Source: Candidatus Wolframiiraptor gerlachensis
Lineage (GTDB): Archaea > Thermoproteota > Nitrososphaeria_A > Caldarchaeales > Wolframiiraptoraceae
Reading direction: 5' to 3'
NCBI GenBank assembly: GCA_021323375.2
Contig: JAJPCT020000026.1
Location: 1 to 64,000, forward strand
DNA length: 64,000 nt
This document shows positions 58,586 through 64,000 of this stretch, piece after piece. A model generated the notes under the pieces. It made no database searches and was not told where the DNA came from. It saw only the letters and a program-made list of their open reading frames with translations. The position numbers and the translations under genes are program-made. Numbering within the stretch: the first letter of the stretch is position 1; each line of letters begins with the position of its first letter.

Positions 58586-59380
58586 TTGAGGTTTATTCTG
58601 GGATGGCCTGCCCTGCTGATCGAGAAGCCTGTTAGATCATTAATAGTTGCTGATGTTCATTTCGGCTTTGAGGCGGAGCTTGCGGAGAAGGGTATCAGGG
58701 TTCCCAGCCAGACCTGGAGGCTTGAGAGAAGCATCATCGAGCTCTTCGAGGAAACAGGTGCCGAGAGGCTGATATTTCTAGGAGACTTGAAACACATGGT
58801 CCCATTATCCTCTTGGATCGAGTGGAGGGAGATGCCTGAGGCGATTAGGAGGATGCGTGAGCTCGGTGTTGAGATAATCCTCGTTCCCGGAAATCACGAT
58901 GGTGATGTGGATAGGATTCTAGGAGACTTGGTCTCGTATCAGCCTTCAAGGGGCATGCTTCTTGAGGGGAGGCGGAGGATATACCTCCTCCACGGACATG
59001 CTTGGCCTGATGAGCGGGTTCTAGAGGCCGATGTGATAGTGATGGGCCATCTCCACCCGGTCGTGAGCCTGAGGACTGATATAGGCTCGGTCATAAGCAG
59101 GAAGGCCTGGCTATATCTTCGCGGCGATAAGAGGAGGCTTGCCGAGAAGCTGGGGATAAGCACGAGGAGGAGGGGTGGGATAGACTTGATAGTGATGCCG
59201 GCTTTCAACCCGATAGTATCCGGCTTATCCGTGAACAGTCTTCAGCCTCAGGAGAAGCTCTGGCCCCTAGTGAGGAGCGGCGCATTCGACCTCGACCAAG
59301 CCGAGGCGATAACGCTTGAGGGCGAGCGCCTCGGATATATAGGATACTTGAGGAGACTTCTACTGGAGCAGGAGGCTTGA
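58586..59380 (+). CDS. Calcineurin-like metallophosphoesterase (ICC-like)
   Basis: AD.H.G.E, LGDLKH, GNHD, HGH, GHLHP, MPAFN. Confidence 0.9.
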   Translation: MRFILGWPALLIEKPVRSLIVADVHFGFEAELAEKGIRVPSQTWRLERSIIELFEETGAERLIFLGDLKHMVPLSSWIEWREMPEAIRRMRELGVEIILVPGNHDGDVDRILGDLVSYQPSRGMLLEGRRRIYLLHGHAWPDERVLEADVIVMGHLHPVVSLRTDIGSVISRKAWLYLRGDKRRLAEKLGISTRRRGGIDLIVMPAFNPIVSGLSVNSLQPQEKLWPLVRSGAFDLDQAEAITLEGERLGYIGYLRRLLLEQEA

Positions 59381-59703
59381 CGAGCATACTTGTTGAGGCT
59401 GAGAATGCCGTGAGGATGGGCCGGGTAAGACTCCATGTCTTCAAGCCAAGTGGGAGGAGGAGATGGGTGGTCGTTGGAAGACATGGAGAATATCTCGTCC
59501 TCCCTGAGGCTGGCTACTGCTCATGCCCAGACTTCTTCTTCCGGGTCATGAGCGGGGAGAAGCCGACATGCTACCACCTAGTAGCAGTCAAGCTAGCGAT
59601 CGAGAGAAAACAGTTCAACATCGTGGAGAAGGATGATGCAGAACATGACCAGCTAATGGAGCACTGGCTCAAGGGCGAGACTCCAAAAGAAAAAGAACAA
59701 TAG
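59377..59703 (+). CDS. SWIM zinc-finger protein
   Basis: CSC.DF...C.H. Confidence 0.88.
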   Translation: MTSILVEAENAVRMGRVRLHVFKPSGRRRWVVVGRHGEYLVLPEAGYCSCPDFFFRVMSGEKPTCYHLVAVKLAIERKQFNIVEKDDAEHDQLMEHWLKGETPKEKEQ

Positions 59704-59837
59704 AACAGCTAAGGAACATGCTCTAGACTATACCCTCAAGGCTAATCTCTGCATCAAGGATAGCGGGTTCTTACGCGGGGCCCCTCTCGCATCCCCCCTT
59801 GGAAGCGCCCCAGGCGGGGGAGTACGGAATTGGCGGT

Positions 59838-61333
<1,496 letters not shown>

Positions 61334-61529
61334 CGCCGCACTGGGGTGCCGCTTCCAGGCGGGGTTTTACGGGGCCCGCGTAAGACCTAGGCGTGATCAT
61401 GTGCTTAGGTCCCCATCTCTGTGGCTGGCGGAGGAGGCCGCCACACATGGGCGGGCCGGGTCAGCGGCCCGAGGGCGTTTCGTGGGCGGCACCGCCGTCG
61501 CCGCCAGCCAATAGTATGTGTGGTGCCTC

Positions 61530-61546
61530 TTGGATAAAACCTGTCG
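61530..61546 (-). promoter_or_regulatory. BRE/TATA-like promoter of the 16S transcript
   Basis: Minus strand CGACAGGTTTTATCC, 25-30 nt upstream of the GC-rich leader starting ~61509. Confidence 0.55.
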
Positions 61547-61613
61547 TAGTTACTTCTCGAGGCGGTAGCGCTCCCAAGACTTATATCTCATCCTTGGACT
61601 GATGGTTTGGAGC

Positions 61614-62944
61614 ATGTCTTTACCTCATTCTGGAGGATGTTTCAGTGATAATTCTGGCCGCTGGTATTGGGAGTAGGCTTAAGCCCTTTCCGGGGCCTCC
61701 CCAAGTGCTTGATGGAGCTCAGAGCCTGGGGTAAGATATTCTCGATTTTATCCTCGAGAGAGGGTTAGGCGAGCCGGCCTAGGAGGATCATCGTGGTCAC
61801 TAGGCGTGAATTCTCGCATTCTATTCGAGCGAGGCTCCTAACGATGTTGAGCTTGTAGAGTTGGATCCTGATCGCTTTGAGAATCTTTATAGCCTCTGGG
61901 CGGCTGTGGGCAGGGTTGATGGGAGCTTTCTGGTCTTAATGTCAGATCATATCTTCGAGTATGAGCTGTTGAAAAGGTCTTGAGTGAGGCGGTTAAGGCG
62001 CGGGAAGCGTTCATGCTATGTCTGGATAGGGAGCCCTCGGTTATCGAGGCTGAGGAGGAAGCATGAAGCTGATGCTGTTGAATGGGAGAGTGGTCGAGGC
62101 TGATAAGTCCTTAAGCCCCTCTACAGGATCGATACAGGATCATCTATTGTAATCCCATGCTAGGAAGTATATCGAGGGGGCTTATCAGGTTAAGGAGGCT
62201 CGAAGGCGGCGATAAAGGATGCGTTGAACCTCGCTGCCGCCGAGAATCAAGTGGGTTTGTTGATGTTACTGGGCTGCTTTGGAAGGATGTGGATACACTC
62301 AGGATCTTGAGAAGGCGAGGAAGCTACTGGCGGATATAGGAAGGGGCTTACGAGACCGAGTGATGGGCTTGTATCACGATATCTCAATAGGCAGATCTCA
62401 TCAAGGGACTCGATATCACTCTGTAGGCCGGAGGCTATATCAATCAAACATCATATCCATAATCTCATTCCTGATTTGTGTTTGCGGAGCCATTTTCTCG
62501 CCCTCCAAAGCTTTCTCATGGGCGGCCTGCTGATCCAAGCATCATCAATAGTTGATGGCGTGGATGGCAGAGCTTACCAAGGCTCTTTAGGAGGGGTATC
62601 GAGCTTCGGGGCATACTGGACTCTTTTCTGAATAGGCTGGCGATCTCTCCGTGATAATGGGGCTTATTATCGCGCCATGACCCTCGACCAGATCATCGGC
62701 ATCATCTCAATTCTCGCATCAGCAAACATAATCCTAGTGAGCTACCTAACCCATCCCCTCCAAAGGAAGCCCGGAATCGATATATCACAGATCGGTTTCA
62801 TTCCGGTTCACGCGTGATGTTAGGCTCTTTCATGGTATTCTTAGCCGCTATTCTCGGGATGCCTCTCATCGCGTTGCTTTACGTAGCTTTATCCCCTAGC
62901 ATACTATACGGCTGGCCTGATCTTAGCCGCCCGTATCAGATTAG
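61614..62944 (+). pseudogene. Multiply frameshifted bifunctional NTP-transferase / CDP-alcohol phosphotransferase (IPCT/DIPPS-like)
   Basis: Motifs in successive frames: VIILAAGIGSRLKP, PKCLMEL, MSDHIFE, WKDVDT, DGLVSRYLNRQIS, QASSIVDGVDG, then a SSFGAY..DS-like motif. Confidence 0.75.
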
Positions 62945-63613
62945 CCGGGTCGCGCCCCGTTGTTATTGGGGAAGAGCCCTGGCCTAGGATATTGCATCCA
63001 ATAGACCCTGTAAAGGGGCTGTGCCAGCTCATTGGAAGAATGAACTTGAAGCTGATCCTGACCGCTGTAATCCTCTCGGGTTGATTATTTGATCTCTGCT
63101 TGATTTCCGGTTCTTGGGAGTTAATGGAAAGCTCCTGCTCCATAGGCACATCATATTAATCTTGGAGGCCGCTCTGTTATCGGCTTCAGCTATATGATAA
63201 TCTCTTCGATGAAGAGGCTTTTAGACCTTATCACGGTAAGGCTTGTAAGTAGGATTGGACAGCCAAGGAGCCCTTAGAAGGATCTTTATCGACCTTCTAT
63301 GCGACTCTCGGCTTAATAGCTTAGCGTGCTATTCATGTGAGCTTCGCATCTATACCCCGATTGGGGGTCTCGTCTCAAAGATAGTGATGGCGGCAGGCCG
63401 CCATACTCTTCCCTCACAACAATATACAGGCTCAGGAGAAGAACATACAGGACATTCGCCGAGGTTTATGAGAAGATTTGTAGAGAATCTTGCTAGAAGG
63501 CTTGCTCAGTGAGTAGAAGCTTCCCACTTGGATAAATACCGTTTAAATCCCTGAGTATGACTGGGCGTGTGGGTTTGGAAAGCCTTATTCGCCCCCAATG
63601 AATACAATCTAGC

Positions 63614-63817
63614 GAGGCTGGCCGGAACAGGGACGCGCCCATAGAAGGAGGCTGCCGGGGTGCCCGGAAAGCCGTCCTCATGGAGCACCACATGCCGGCC
63701 CGTGAGCGCCGCGTAACTGAAGAGCTACGGTGCGGTGTGGCTGAAGGGGCGTCCCACCTCGGGGAAAAGCTCACGCGGTGGGATGCTCACAAGCCACGCG
63801 CCTCCGAGGCCAGCCTC
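63614..63817 (+). ncRNA. Unassigned highly structured ncRNA candidate (~204 nt)
   Basis: 10-bp terminal stem GAGGCTGGCC/GGCCAGCCTC, three internal multi-stem arms, loop-loop complement CGTGAGC/GCTCACG, promoter-like GAAAGCCTTATT 25-30 nt upstream, T-rich tract downstream. Confidence 0.65.
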
Positions 63818-64000
63818 CAGCATATTTTCTTATCTGTTGAAGGCTTGGGCAGAGGTCGCTCACATTCTCGGTACTTTCTCGGGCTAAGCCCTGCAACAAC
63901 CTCCTAGAGGTCGACGTTTATCACGTAGATCGCGTGTAGCCTCATCTTCGAGGCTTCTCGACTGCGATCTCGGGCGTCCTATAGTAGTATTGGTCGCAGA

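Noticed and set aside
63636-63682. Resemblance to 5S rRNA (CCATAG...CCCGGAA..AGCCG) and to RNase P CR-V (ATAGAAGG)
   Set aside because: 5S loop C and loop E and RNase P CR-I/P4 are absent; length and topology do not fit
63716-63735. CTGAAGA as a hammerhead core
   Set aside because: No stem II followed by GAAA at the required position
63493-63907. ORFs of 61-93 aa over the GC-rich island
   Set aside because: Low-complexity Arg/Pro/Ala translations expected from a structured GC-rich sequence; no family motifs

Overview
A 64 kb chromosomal segment from a thermophilic archaeon of the TACK/Thermoproteota group. Archaeal-type 16S rRNA, rps8e-srp19-gar1-tfb, TIP49, an RPC34/TFE-beta homologue, arcadin-1, RadA, Topo VI-A and Trm1 fit an Aigarchaeota/Caldarchaeales-like lineage; this assignment is inference. 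Most of the window is dense housekeeping and metabolic genes. Exceptions: (i) a ~3.2 kb accessory island (3830-7020) with a catalytically intact TnpB, no TnpA, a closely linked unknown partner gene and several small, partly decayed ORFs; (ii) a stand-alone 16S rRNA gene (minus strand) with a BHB-like processing stem and no linked tRNA or 23S; (iii) a single-hairpin H/ACA guide RNA candidate at 48895-48973; (iv) an unassigned ~204-nt, highly structured RNA candidate at 63614-63817 with its own promoter-like and terminator-like signals, a BHB-like base and a loop-loop pairing, which is the best novelty candidate. The last ~4 kb shows many small indels (16S and a shattered IPCT/DIPPS gene), most likely consensus errors, so fine details there need read-level confirmation. 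No CRISPR array or tRNA was seen. All family calls come from motif recognition by eye, not database searches.
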